Source: an uncultured Aquiluna sp. (GTDB lineage: Bacteria > Actinomycetota > Actinomycetes > Actinomycetales > Microbacteriaceae). Taken from it: a DNA stretch of 64,000 nt. Below, piece after piece: positions 44,934 to 53,723 of this stretch. A program made the translations under genes and the position numbers. Location of the stretch: contig CAJYLB010000001.1 of assembly GCA_913775595.1 (NCBI GenBank), positions 310,001-374,000 on the forward strand, written 5' to 3'. The notes below the pieces were generated by a model. It was not told the origin of the DNA and did no database searches. It saw only the letters and a program-made list of their open reading frames with translations. The stretch's first letter is position 1; each line of letters begins with the position of its first letter.

Positions 44934-45878
44934 TTGCTTAGCGTCGGAATTGATATCGGCGGCACCAAAATCCTTGGCGCACTTGTCGACGAGCAGGGAA
45001 CGGTGGTTCAGGAAAAGCGCATTGCTTCACCAGCTCAAGATCCCTCTCGCATGGTCGAGGACGTTGCTGGCCTAATAACCGAGCTGCTCGAAATAGAGCC
45101 AGAGGTTGCGGGTATTGGTGTTGCGGCAGCTGGATTCATTGATGCCGAGAGGTCAAAGGTCCTCTATGCCCCGAACCTAAATTGGCGTAATGAGCCACTC
45201 AAGCAGCGCATTTCGGAGAAGGTTGGGCGTGAGGTTGTAATCGAAAATGATGCGAACGCGGCCGGTTGGGCAGAGTTCCGTTTTGGAGCAGCACAGAGCT
45301 ACGGGTCAATGATGATGCTCACCCTCGGCACTGGCGTAGGCGGTGCTGTCGTTGCAGACGGCAAGCTCATGCGTGGAGGCTTTGGGATTGGTGGTGAGCT
45401 AGGTCACGTAACGGTCGTGGATGGCGGTATCAAGTGCGGCTGCGGGCGACTCGGTTGCGTTGAGCAGTACTCATCTGGAACCGCTCTCCTAAGGGAGTTA
45501 AGACGGATTGCGGTTGAGGGCAACTCAGCGGGAGCAAGGCTTCGGGAGCTCGCTGGCGACGCCGAGCTGACGGGTCACCACGCCTACCTTGCTTTTCAAG
45601 AGGGAGATCCCGCCACGATCGAACAGGTTGAGGTAGCCGCCGAGTACTTGGCACGTGCCATGGGCTCTCTGGTTGCTGTCTTGGACCCTGAGGTTTTCGT
45701 AATTGGCGGAGGGCTCTCTGATCTTGGGGAGGGAATCTTGGAGCCAATAACGAGACACTTCTCTGCTCAGCTCCCCGCCTCGGGCTTCAGGCCGGAGGCA
45801 GATATTGTGCTGGCAACCTTCGCAAACGAGGCTGGGGTGATTGGAGCTGCCGATCTATCCCGCCAGGGTGGCCAGTAA
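44934..45878 (+). CDS. glk: ROK family glucokinase
   Basis: GIDIGGTK, ENDANAA, GTGVGG and GELGH..CGCGRLGCVE. Confidence 0.88.
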   Translation: MLSVGIDIGGTKILGALVDEQGTVVQEKRIASPAQDPSRMVEDVAGLITELLEIEPEVAGIGVAAAGFIDAERSKVLYAPNLNWRNEPLKQRISEKVGREVVIENDANAAGWAEFRFGAAQSYGSMMMLTLGTGVGGAVVADGKLMRGGFGIGGELGHVTVVDGGIKCGCGRLGCVEQYSSGTALLRELRRIAVEGNSAGARLRELAGDAELTGHHAYLAFQEGDPATIEQVEVAAEYLARAMGSLVAVLDPEVFVIGGGLSDLGEGILEPITRHFSAQLPASGFRPEADIVLATFANEAGVIGAADLSRQGGQ

Positions 45879-45905
45879 GCTTTAGGTTCATACTGGAGAA
45901 AAATC

Positions 45906-46595
45906 GTGACCTATCTGATTCTGAAGAACCTGGTGCTGGGGCCAATCCTGCAGCTACTTTTCAGGCCTTGGGTGCGCGGTAGCGAAAATGTGCCCAAGAA
46001 AGGTGCAGCGATTCTCGCCAGCAATCACCTCTCGTTTGTTGATTCGATTTTCCTTCCACTGAAAGTTAGAAGACCAATTACCTTTTTGGCCAAGAGCGAC
46101 TACTTCACGGGCAAGGGATTCAAGGGCGCTCTGATTCGCTGGTTCTTCAAGGCCAACGGCCAGCTTCCGATTGATCGAAGTGGCGGTAAATCTTCTGAGG
46201 ATGCTCTAAACACCGGCCTTGGAGTGCTAGAACGCGAGCTGATTCTTGGCATCTACCCAGAGGGCACGAGGTCGCCGGACGCCAAGCTCTACAGGGGGAG
46301 AACCGGAATTGCTCGAATGGTTTTGGAGGCCAAGGTTCCAGTGATTCCGGTGGCGATGATCAACACTGAAAAGGTTATGCCGCTTGGCAGCAAGTATCCA
46401 AAGATTCGCCGGGTTGGTATGCGTATCGGGGAACCTATGGATTTCTCTCGCTATGCCGGCATGGAATCTGAGCGCGTAGTACTTCGTGCTGTTACCGACC
46501 AGATCATTTACCAAATAAAGCAGCTTTCAAACCAACCCTATGTCGACGTATATGCATCGACTATTCGTAACCGTCTCGCACGAAGCACTAACTAA
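45906..46595 (+). CDS. 1-acyl-sn-glycerol-3-phosphate acyltransferase (PlsC family)
   Basis: NHLSFVD (HX4D) and YPEGTRS. Confidence 0.9.
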   Translation: MTYLILKNLVLGPILQLLFRPWVRGSENVPKKGAAILASNHLSFVDSIFLPLKVRRPITFLAKSDYFTGKGFKGALIRWFFKANGQLPIDRSGGKSSEDALNTGLGVLERELILGIYPEGTRSPDAKLYRGRTGIARMVLEAKVPVIPVAMINTEKVMPLGSKYPKIRRVGMRIGEPMDFSRYAGMESERVVLRAVTDQIIYQIKQLSNQPYVDVYASTIRNRLARSTN

Positions 46596-46604
46596 GGAAA
46601 CACT

Positions 46605-47957
46605 TTGCAGGATTTTGGACTAGACAACTACCGCGGTCTTCCCGCGGCCCAGCAGCCCACCTGGGCTGACAGTGCTGTGCTGGAGGACGTTCGAGAGCAA
46701 CTCGCTGCACTGCCTCCGCTGGTGTTTGCAGGTGAGGTTGACACCCTCCGCACGAGATTGGCCCAGGCTGCCAGGGGAGAGGCGTTCTTGCTCCAAGGTG
46801 GGGACTGCGCTGAGACCTTCGTTGATGCAACCGCAGACAGAATTCGTAATCGCATTAAGACCGTTCTGCAGATGGCAGTTGTCCTTATGTATGGCTCCTC
46901 GCTACCTGTTATCAAGATGGGCCGCATGGCTGGACAGTTCGCCAAGCCACGTTCCTCCGACTTTGAGACTCGTGAGGGTGTAACCCTTCCCGCTTACCGT
47001 GGCGATGCCGTGAACAGCTACGAGTTCACCGAGGAGGGCAGAAAGAACGATGCAAGAAGGCTCCTTCAGGCATACAACACCTCTTCAAGCACTCTGAATC
47101 TCATCAGGGCCTTCACTCAGGGAGGTTTTGCGGACCTAAGAGAGGTTCACGCATGGAACCGTGGCTTCACCGATAACCCAGCAAACAAGAAGTATGAGTC
47201 AATTGCGGGAGACATCGATAGGGCCATGAGGTTCATGGAGGCTTGCGGGGTTGATTCCGCTGAGCTTCGGGCAACCGAGTTCTTCGTATCGCATGAGGGG
47301 CTGCTCTTTGACTACGAGCGACCACTAACCAGAATCGACTCAAGAACTCAGCTCCCTTATGTCACCAGTTCCCACTTCATCTGGATCGGTGAGCGAACCA
47401 GGCAGCTAGATGGCGCCCACGTCGACTTCTTCTCTCGCGTGAGAAACCCGTTGGGAGTGAAGCTAGGGCCAACCTCAACGGTTGAGGATGTTCTTAGGTT
47501 GATCGACAAGCTCGATCCAGAAAGAGAGCCGGGCAGACTGACGCTGATTAGTCGCATGGGCGCGGGCAAGATTAGAGACGAGCTACCTAAGCTGGTAGAA
47601 GCGGTAAGGGACGCAGGTGCCACACCACTCTGGATTACTGACCCAATGCACGGCAACGGCATCACAACCGCCAATGGGTACAAGTCGCGAAGATTCGACG
47701 ATGTTATGGACGAGGTTCAGGGCTTTTTCGAGGTCCACCGCGCACTCGGCACCCACCCAGGTGGTCTTCACGTTGAGCTAACTGGTGACGATGTCGCAGA
47801 GTGCCTCGGTGGATCTGAGCAAATCGATGAGGCAACCTTGGAGCAGCGCTACGAATCGGTCTGCGACCCTCGTCTAAACCACATGCAGTCGTTGGAGCTG
47901 GCATTCTTAGTTGCGGAACAGTTGGTAGAAACCGCCAGGAGAAAGAGTGATAACTGA
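46605..47957 (+). CDS. Class II 3-deoxy-7-phosphoheptulonate (DAHP) synthase
   Basis: QGGDCAE, GRMAGQFAKPRS, WIGERTR, DPMHGN and CDPRLN. Confidence 0.95.
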   Translation: MQDFGLDNYRGLPAAQQPTWADSAVLEDVREQLAALPPLVFAGEVDTLRTRLAQAARGEAFLLQGGDCAETFVDATADRIRNRIKTVLQMAVVLMYGSSLPVIKMGRMAGQFAKPRSSDFETREGVTLPAYRGDAVNSYEFTEEGRKNDARRLLQAYNTSSSTLNLIRAFTQGGFADLREVHAWNRGFTDNPANKKYESIAGDIDRAMRFMEACGVDSAELRATEFFVSHEGLLFDYERPLTRIDSRTQLPYVTSSHFIWIGERTRQLDGAHVDFFSRVRNPLGVKLGPTSTVEDVLRLIDKLDPEREPGRLTLISRMGAGKIRDELPKLVEAVRDAGATPLWITDPMHGNGITTANGYKSRRFDDVMDEVQGFFEVHRALGTHPGGLHVELTGDDVAECLGGSEQIDEATLEQRYESVCDPRLNHMQSLELAFLVAEQLVETARRKSDN

Positions 47958-48285
47958 CCGCGTAGAGAATTGGCTCACGCTTGATCAGGCTGCTGAGCAG
48001 CTGGGAATCTCAACTTCAAAGGTCAGAAGGCTGATCGAAGAGCACGTGCTTTTTTCGGTCAAGGTTGAGAAGCAACCCATGATTCCCGCCGAGATAATTG
48101 TCGGCAACGAACCACTGAGCAGTATTCGCGGAACGATGCTGCAGCTGATGGACCTCGGTTTCACTGAGGGTGAGGCGGTCGAGTGGCTCTATGAAGAGAA
48201 CGACATTCTTGGAGAGTTGCCGATAAGGGCCCTGGTGAAAGGCCATAAAGCTCCCGTTAGAAGAGCAGCCCAAGCACTTGGCTAG
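47947..48285 (+). CDS. Rv2175c family DNA-binding protein
   Basis: HTH WLTLDQAAEQLG..KVRRLI and C-terminal VRRAAQAL. Syntenic upstream of dcw. Confidence 0.82.
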   Translation: MITDRVENWLTLDQAAEQLGISTSKVRRLIEEHVLFSVKVEKQPMIPAEIIVGNEPLSSIRGTMLQLMDLGFTEGEAVEWLYEENDILGELPIRALVKGHKAPVRRAAQALG

Positions 48286-49379
48286 TGCGAGCGGTTGATT
48301 ACTTTCTGCGCCAGAGCGGCAAGCATCTTTCTTCCCTGATCGCTGATCTCCAGGTTCGCGAGCCCCTCAATTGCACGGTTTGAGTGCTCCTCGATTAGCC
48401 GCTCGGTTTTTTCAAGTGCTCCGGAGTCTGTAATTGTTTGACGCATGAACTCGAGCTGCTCGGAGTCAATCTCGCCACCCATGAGCAATTCGTTGAAGAT
48501 TCTTGCGACCGAGGATGGGAGTGTCTCGAGCGTAAGAGCCACGAGTACGGTTCGCTTTCCCTCGCGGAGATCATCTCCTGCAGGCTTGCCGGTGACCTCA
48601 GGGTCTCCAAACACTCCGAGGACATCGTCCCTGAGCTGAAAAGCGAGACCCAGCGGAATGCCAAATTCGCTAAGCATCTTGAGATTCCCACCTGCCGCAC
48701 CTGAGAGCGCAGCTCCAATTAGCAGGGGAGCCTCAAGTGAGTATTTGGCGGTTTTGTAGAGCATGACCCTGTTTGCAATCGCGACCGCCTCAGACTGCTT
48801 ACGAATTGGCGCGGCATTTTCTTCCAGCACGTCTAGGTACTGACCGGCCATGACTTCGAAGCGCATTTGGGAGAACTGAGTGCGGCAGTTGGCCTCATCC
48901 TCAGGGCTGACATCCTTCAGAGCCTGGCCAAATAGCTCGGAGCTCCAGGCCAGCATGAGATCGCCCGTGAGCACAGAACCTGCCATGCCAAATTTCTCAG
49001 GGCTTCCACTGAAGGTCTTAGTTTGGTGAAGCGATTCGAAGCGTTTGTGGATTGCGGGCTGGCCCCTGCGGGTGTCGGATTGGTCGAGAAGATCGTCGTG
49101 CACTAGGGCTGCTGCATGGAACATCTCAAGCGCAGCTGCTACCCCGACAATCGGAGAGTCGACAGTGAGAGAGTCCCGGGTCACCTCGGCAGGCTGGTAT
49201 CCGGCCCAAGACCAGAAGCAAAAGAGCGCTCGAAAGCGCTTTCCTCCCGAAAGAAGGGATTGTGTGTAGTCAATGATTGGTTCTAGGTCACTAGAGATTT
49301 CCAAAAGCTGCTGTCTTTTGTCCTCGCAGAAGTTATCTAGCCTCTGCTGGACGAGCTCTAGCAGGAAATTTTGAGGCAC
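48282..49379 (-). CDS. Polyprenyl (geranylgeranyl) diphosphate synthase
   Basis: GGKRFR, LVHDDLLD..RRG, GQYLD, KTAKYS and FQLRDD. Start re-called at GTG 49379, 7 nt after a TAGGCT -10; the track start overlaps the divergent gene. Confidence 0.93.
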   Translation of the reverse strand: MPQNFLLELVQQRLDNFCEDKRQQLLEISSDLEPIIDYTQSLLSGGKRFRALFCFWSWAGYQPAEVTRDSLTVDSPIVGVAAALEMFHAAALVHDDLLDQSDTRRGQPAIHKRFESLHQTKTFSGSPEKFGMAGSVLTGDLMLAWSSELFGQALKDVSPEDEANCRTQFSQMRFEVMAGQYLDVLEENAAPIRKQSEAVAIANRVMLYKTAKYSLEAPLLIGAALSGAAGGNLKMLSEFGIPLGLAFQLRDDVLGVFGDPEVTGKPAGDDLREGKRTVLVALTLETLPSSVARIFNELLMGGEIDSEQLEFMRQTITDSGALEKTERLIEEHSNRAIEGLANLEISDQGRKMLAALAQKVINRSH

Positions 49380-49435
49380 GCGGGATAGCCTAGCGGCACT
49401 TCGCTGTTTACAATTTAGAGGGAATGGAGAGCTAA

Positions 49436-49783
49436 ATGGCACTATCCGAGCACGAACAGCGACTGCTGGAAGAGATGGAGCGCAACCTCCTGCAAGAGGA
49501 CTCGTCACTCGACCAGAAGCTAAAGCGTGTCGGCACTTCCAATCGAAGTGCGGGCAAGCTAGTTGCTGGTGTCTTGACCATGATTGCGGGCATTGGGCTG
49601 CTTATCTTTGCCGTTGCAACTCAAGTCACATTCATGGGTGTCATTGCCTTCATCGTGATGGTTATTGGTCTGGTGGTTGCCTCGAGTAACTTCCGTCTTC
49701 CGGAACTTCCAAAGGCTAACTTCCAAGGCGGCGGAGGTTCTTTCTTTGAGGATCGCTGGAACAACCGCTTCAATAACGACTAA
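49436..49783 (+). CDS. DUF3040 family membrane protein
   Basis: MALSEHEQRLLEEMERNL, two TM helices and FFEDRW. Typical upstream of mraZ. Confidence 0.87.
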   Translation: MALSEHEQRLLEEMERNLLQEDSSLDQKLKRVGTSNRSAGKLVAGVLTMIAGIGLLIFAVATQVTFMGVIAFIVMVIGLVVASSNFRLPELPKANFQGGGGSFFEDRWNNRFNND

Positions 49784-49803
49784 ACCCCTAAGTTATTCCA
49801 ATT

Positions 49804-49829
49804 ACCCCCGCTCTTGGCGGGGGTTTTTT
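49804..49829 (+). terminator. Intrinsic terminator
   Basis: ACCCCCGC-TCTTG-GCGGGGGT followed by a T run. Confidence 0.85.
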
Positions 49830-49868
49830 CTTGCCCAAATTGTGATAAAAATGGTTGCGTTTTGCTGC

Positions 49869-49897
49869 AAAGTGGAGCAAAGTGGAGTAAAGTGGAG
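49869..49897 (+). promoter_or_regulatory. MraZ operator (3x AAAGTGGAG, 10-bp period)
   Basis: Three perfect direct repeats upstream of mraZ, matching the known GTGG(A/G)G-type MraZ boxes. Confidence 0.85.
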
Positions 49898-49921
49898 AAT
49901 AGCTAAGAAAGGGGTGCGGCG

Positions 49922-50353
49922 ATGTTGCTGGGTACTCATACTCCAAAGCTTGACGACAAAGGCCGCATCATCCTTCCCGCGAAGTTTCGCGATGAGCTAG
50001 CTGCAGGGGTAGTTGTCACCAGAGGTCAAGAGCGCTGCCTCTACGTTTTCTCAAAAAATGAATTTGAGTCTGTTCACGAAAAGATTCGCCAGGCGCCTGT
50101 GACCTCGGAAGAGGCGAGGAAGTATTTGCGTCTTTTCTTGTCAGGCGCATCGGATGACACCCCGGATAAGCAGGGCAGGGTGCTCGTGCCACAACTGCTT
50201 CGTGAGTACGCGGGCCTCACCAAAGAATTAGTAATTATCGGCGTCGGCTCCAGGGCTGAGATCTGGGACGCCGCCAGCTGGCAGGACTACCTCTCAAGCA
50301 ACGAAGAGAAGTTTGCTACTCAGGCGGAGGAGGTGATTCCGGGGCTCATCTAG
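49922..50353 (+). CDS. mraZ: Division/cell wall cluster transcriptional repressor MraZ
   Basis: [20 protein letters not shown] and [10 protein letters not shown]. Confidence 0.96.
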   Translation: MLLGTHTPKLDDKGRIILPAKFRDELAAGVVVTRGQERCLYVFSKNEFESVHEKIRQAPVTSEEARKYLRLFLSGASDDTPDKQGRVLVPQLLREYAGLTKELVIIGVGSRAEIWDAASWQDYLSSNEEKFATQAEEVIPGLI

Positions 50354-50452
50354 CCCTGCACTTTGGTCTCTGGCCGAGCCCGGCTTTCTTCCCCTAAGTC
50401 GGACCCCGTGAAAACCAAGCTCATGGATTCGGACAGGGACCAAAGGGTAGGG
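50354..50452 (+). ncRNA. mraW RNA motif-like structured element
   Basis: Long closing stem CCCTGCACTTTGGTCTCTG/CAGGGACCAAAGGGTAGGG enclosing CTTCCCC, between mraZ and rsmH as known for the actinobacterial mraW motif. Confidence 0.7.
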
Positions 50453-50467
50453 ATAGCCCAAGAAGCT

Positions 50468-51430
50468 ATGGAAAACCTTTCCTCAGAACTTCACCGCCCA
50501 GTAATGCTGGAGCGCTGCCTGGAGCTACTCCGCACGGGACTCGCTGGAGAAGCACCGGTAGTGGTTGATGCAACTCTGGGACTTGGTGGTCACACTGAGG
50601 CAATCCTTGGCTCCTTTGAGAACGTCAAGGTAATTGGCCTAGACAGAGACCCGGTTGCTCTGAAGCTCGCTACCGAGAGGCTGGAGGGGTTTGGCGAGCG
50701 ATTCACTCCGGTTCTCGCTGTCTATGACGAGTTCGATGAAGTGCTCGAGGAGCTTGGAGTCGACAGCATTGACGGAGCACTTTTTGACCTCGGCGTAAGT
50801 TCCATGCAGCTTGATCAGCGAGAACGCGGCTTCGCCTATGCACAGGACGCTCCTCTTGACATGCGCATGAATCAAAGCGCGGGCAAGAGCGCGGCGGAGC
50901 TGTTGGCTGAGTTGGATGTTGACGAGCTGACCAAGATTTTCCGTGAATACGGTGAGGAGCGCTTCGCGTTTCCAATAGCGAAGAAGATTGTGGCTCAGCG
51001 CCAAGTGCAACCCATCACCACCAGCAACCAGCTGAACGAAATCGTAGAGGCGGTCGTTCCCAAGGCACCTGGCAAACAGTCGGGACACCCCGCAAAGCGC
51101 GTTTACCAAGCACTAAGAATTGCTGTCAACGACGAGCTGGAGGTGCTGGCGCGGGCCTTGCCCCAGGCAATTGCAGCCCTAAGGCCAGGCGCCGCAATCG
51201 TTGTCATGTCTTACCACTCACTTGAGGATCAAATCACCAAGGATTCCCTTCGTAAGGCGGCAACCAGTACCAGCCCAATTGAGCTTCCCGTTGAACTCCC
51301 TGGCACAGGCCCAACCCTAAACATCGTCACCAAGGGTGTTGAGAGGGCAGGGGAAACAGAGCTTTCCAACAACCCAAGAGCTGCTTCAGCAAGGCTGCGA
51401 GCTGCCGTCAAACTGGAGGTAGCGGCATGA
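50468..51430 (+). CDS. rsmH: 16S rRNA (cytosine(1402)-N4)-methyltransferase
   Basis: HRPVML, DATLGLGGH, DLGVSSMQLD, PLDMRM, SYHSLED and NPRA. Start re-called at ATG 50468. Confidence 0.96.
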   Translation: MENLSSELHRPVMLERCLELLRTGLAGEAPVVVDATLGLGGHTEAILGSFENVKVIGLDRDPVALKLATERLEGFGERFTPVLAVYDEFDEVLEELGVDSIDGALFDLGVSSMQLDQRERGFAYAQDAPLDMRMNQSAGKSAAELLAELDVDELTKIFREYGEERFAFPIAKKIVAQRQVQPITTSNQLNEIVEAVVPKAPGKQSGHPAKRVYQALRIAVNDELEVLARALPQAIAALRPGAAIVVMSYHSLEDQITKDSLRKAATSTSPIELPVELPGTGPTLNIVTKGVERAGETELSNNPRAASARLRAAVKLEVAA

Positions 51431-51945
51431 GGGTAATGATGCTGAGCGAGCAGGACGCAAAGAAACTCAGGCCAAGTGTCGTAGCCGGATTGATCTTCGT
51501 GCTTGGAATCGTCCTTGTTTACGGCGTGCAGCTCTCACTCAACATGGTGCTCACCCAAGACGCCTACAAGCTCTCTCAGCTAAAGGCCGACAAGAGGCAT
51601 CTGGCAACAGAAGTGCAGATCATTCAAGAGGAGGTTGATTCCCTCGCATCTCCGCAAAATCTTGCGGATGCAGCCAACCGTCTTGGCATGGTTGCTAACC
51701 CGGCCTCGGTGCTTTTGGATATTCGCTCGGATCGAGTCTTTGGCGATCCCGTGCCCGCTGATCCGGATGAAACGGCGGTTGCTAGCGCCAATATGGTGGC
51801 CAACAGCGCCCTAGGCACCGTCTCGGAATTCAGTCCGAGCACCATCGCGGCAAGTGGCTTCGATATGAGTGTTGAAATCGTCTCAGACATAGGTTCGGCT
51901 CTAGCTTTGGAGACAGGACTAATTCCGGCATCTCCGACCAGGTAG
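51427..51945 (+). CDS. ftsL: Cell division protein FtsL-like
   Basis: Single TM, coiled coil and SPQNLADAANRLGMV. Located between rsmH and ftsI. Confidence 0.7.
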   Translation: MRVMMLSEQDAKKLRPSVVAGLIFVLGIVLVYGVQLSLNMVLTQDAYKLSQLKADKRHLATEVQIIQEEVDSLASPQNLADAANRLGMVANPASVLLDIRSDRVFGDPVPADPDETAVASANMVANSALGTVSEFSPSTIAASGFDMSVEIVSDIGSALALETGLIPASPTR

Positions 51946-51950
51946 GCAAT

Positions 51951-53723
51951 ATGGGCACTCACGCTAAATTGACCTCCCGTCTCACAGCATTTGTGCTCTT
52001 ACTTTTCGTTCTCGTTGGCGCCCTGGGTTGGCGCCTCGTTGATTTTCAGGTGGTTCGTGCCGAGGAGATACAGGCCAAGTCTCTAGAGAGGCGAAGTGTC
52101 ACTCAGACCCTGACGGCGCTCCGAGGCGACATCCTAGATAGCAGCGGTCAGGTACTCGCTAGAACCGTTTTTCGCTATGACGTAAATGCTGCCCCCAAAA
52201 ATGTAGGTCCGGTATTTCGGGCCGAAGATGGAATAGTCGTAGAGCACTCGGTCGAGGCAATTGCGATGGAGCTGGCCCCGCTACTTGGCCTAAGTCTTGA
52301 AGAGCTGCTACCTCGCCTGGAGGGCGACAGCGAGTATGCCAATCTTGCCAAAGCGGTTGATGCGGCGACCTACAACGCCATTCGGGATCTAAAGGTTCCT
52401 TGGATCTATTTTGATCAGTTTGCCGACAGGCTCTATCCCAACGGCGCAGTTGCAGGGAACCTGATTGGTTTTGTGGGCAGCGATGGCACCCCCCTCGCTG
52501 GCCTTGAGCGCCAGTACAACACCTGCCTAGCTGGCGTTGATGGACAAGAGACCTTCGAGCGCTCTGCTGAAGGGGTAAGAATTCCCACCTCAAACGTTGT
52601 CACCCAGCCAACGCAGGATGGTGGCGATCTGAACTTGACCATAGATGCCAACCTGCAGTTTTTTGCGCAACAGGTACTAGCCGACACAGTCGCAGAACTC
52701 AACGCCGACTGGGCCAGCGCAATTGTGATTGAGGTCGAAACCGGGAGAATACTTGCCGCCGCTGAGGCACCAACGGTAGACCCGAATGATCCCGCTGCCT
52801 CGGATACGGAAAACCGCGGTAGCAAGATCATGCAGTTTGCTTTTGAGCCCGGCTCCATCATGAAGTCGGTCTCAACTGCGATGGTTCTTGATTCCGGAGC
52901 GTCAGATGAGTTTGAAACCAAGAGTGCCCCAGACCGCCTGCAACTTGACTACGGAGAGTCAATCAAGGACAGCTTTGACCATGATGAGTTTGAGCTAAGT
53001 CTTGCGGGTGTTCTTCGCTACAGCTCAAACACCGGTATCTATGCCTTTGGTATGGAGGTGGATGAGGAGGAGCGTTTTGGTTACCTTCAGGACTTTGGGT
53101 TTGGCACAACCAGCGGTTTGAATTTTGAAGGTGAGAGCTCCGGAATTTTGCGGCCCTATGAGGACTGGCAGTACGCGGACAAGTACACGCACCTTTTTGG
53201 TCAGGGCGTATCGGTAACGGCACTCCAGATGGGATTCGCCTACCAAACAATTGCTAACGGAGGAGTCCGCCTCGATCCTGTGCTGGTGGATAGCTGCACT
53301 GCACCGGATGGCCAGGTGTTGTACCAGCCTGATCAGCAGGGTTATCGGGTTATCTCCGAGGCAAACGCTGATCTGAACCTGGAGCTCATGGAAAAGGTGG
53401 TTGAGTTCGGAGGTGTTGGAAAGACTGCCGCGATTGAGGGCTACCGAGTCGCCGGCAAGACCGGAACCGCACAGATTCGAGAGGGCGATGGCTATGGTGA
53501 CCGCTACGCAATTTCTTTCTACGGCGTCGCCCCGGTTGAAAACCCCAAGTTTGTTGTTGGGGTGACTATCTATCGTCCCGAGGGAGTGAGCAACTCAGCT
53601 AAGGCCACCCCTCCCTTCAAGGCGATCATGCAGCAGGCTCTGAAGCACTACAGAGTCCCACCATCGACTACGACCTCTCGCGAGAACATCCCCTCCAACC
53701 GTTACGGTGAGCCCGGTGCCTAG
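51951..53723 (+). CDS. ftsI: Penicillin-binding protein, class B (FtsI)
   Basis: N-terminal TM, RGDILD, EPGSIMK (SxxK), SSN (SxN) and KTGTAQ. Confidence 0.92.
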   Translation: MGTHAKLTSRLTAFVLLLFVLVGALGWRLVDFQVVRAEEIQAKSLERRSVTQTLTALRGDILDSSGQVLARTVFRYDVNAAPKNVGPVFRAEDGIVVEHSVEAIAMELAPLLGLSLEELLPRLEGDSEYANLAKAVDAATYNAIRDLKVPWIYFDQFADRLYPNGAVAGNLIGFVGSDGTPLAGLERQYNTCLAGVDGQETFERSAEGVRIPTSNVVTQPTQDGGDLNLTIDANLQFFAQQVLADTVAELNADWASAIVIEVETGRILAAAEAPTVDPNDPAASDTENRGSKIMQFAFEPGSIMKSVSTAMVLDSGASDEFETKSAPDRLQLDYGESIKDSFDHDEFELSLAGVLRYSSNTGIYAFGMEVDEEERFGYLQDFGFGTTSGLNFEGESSGILRPYEDWQYADKYTHLFGQGVSVTALQMGFAYQTIANGGVRLDPVLVDSCTAPDGQVLYQPDQQGYRVISEANADLNLELMEKVVEFGGVGKTAAIEGYRVAGKTGTAQIREGDGYGDRYAISFYGVAPVENPKFVVGVTIYRPEGVSNSAKATPPFKAIMQQALKHYRVPPSTTTSRENIPSNRYGEPGA

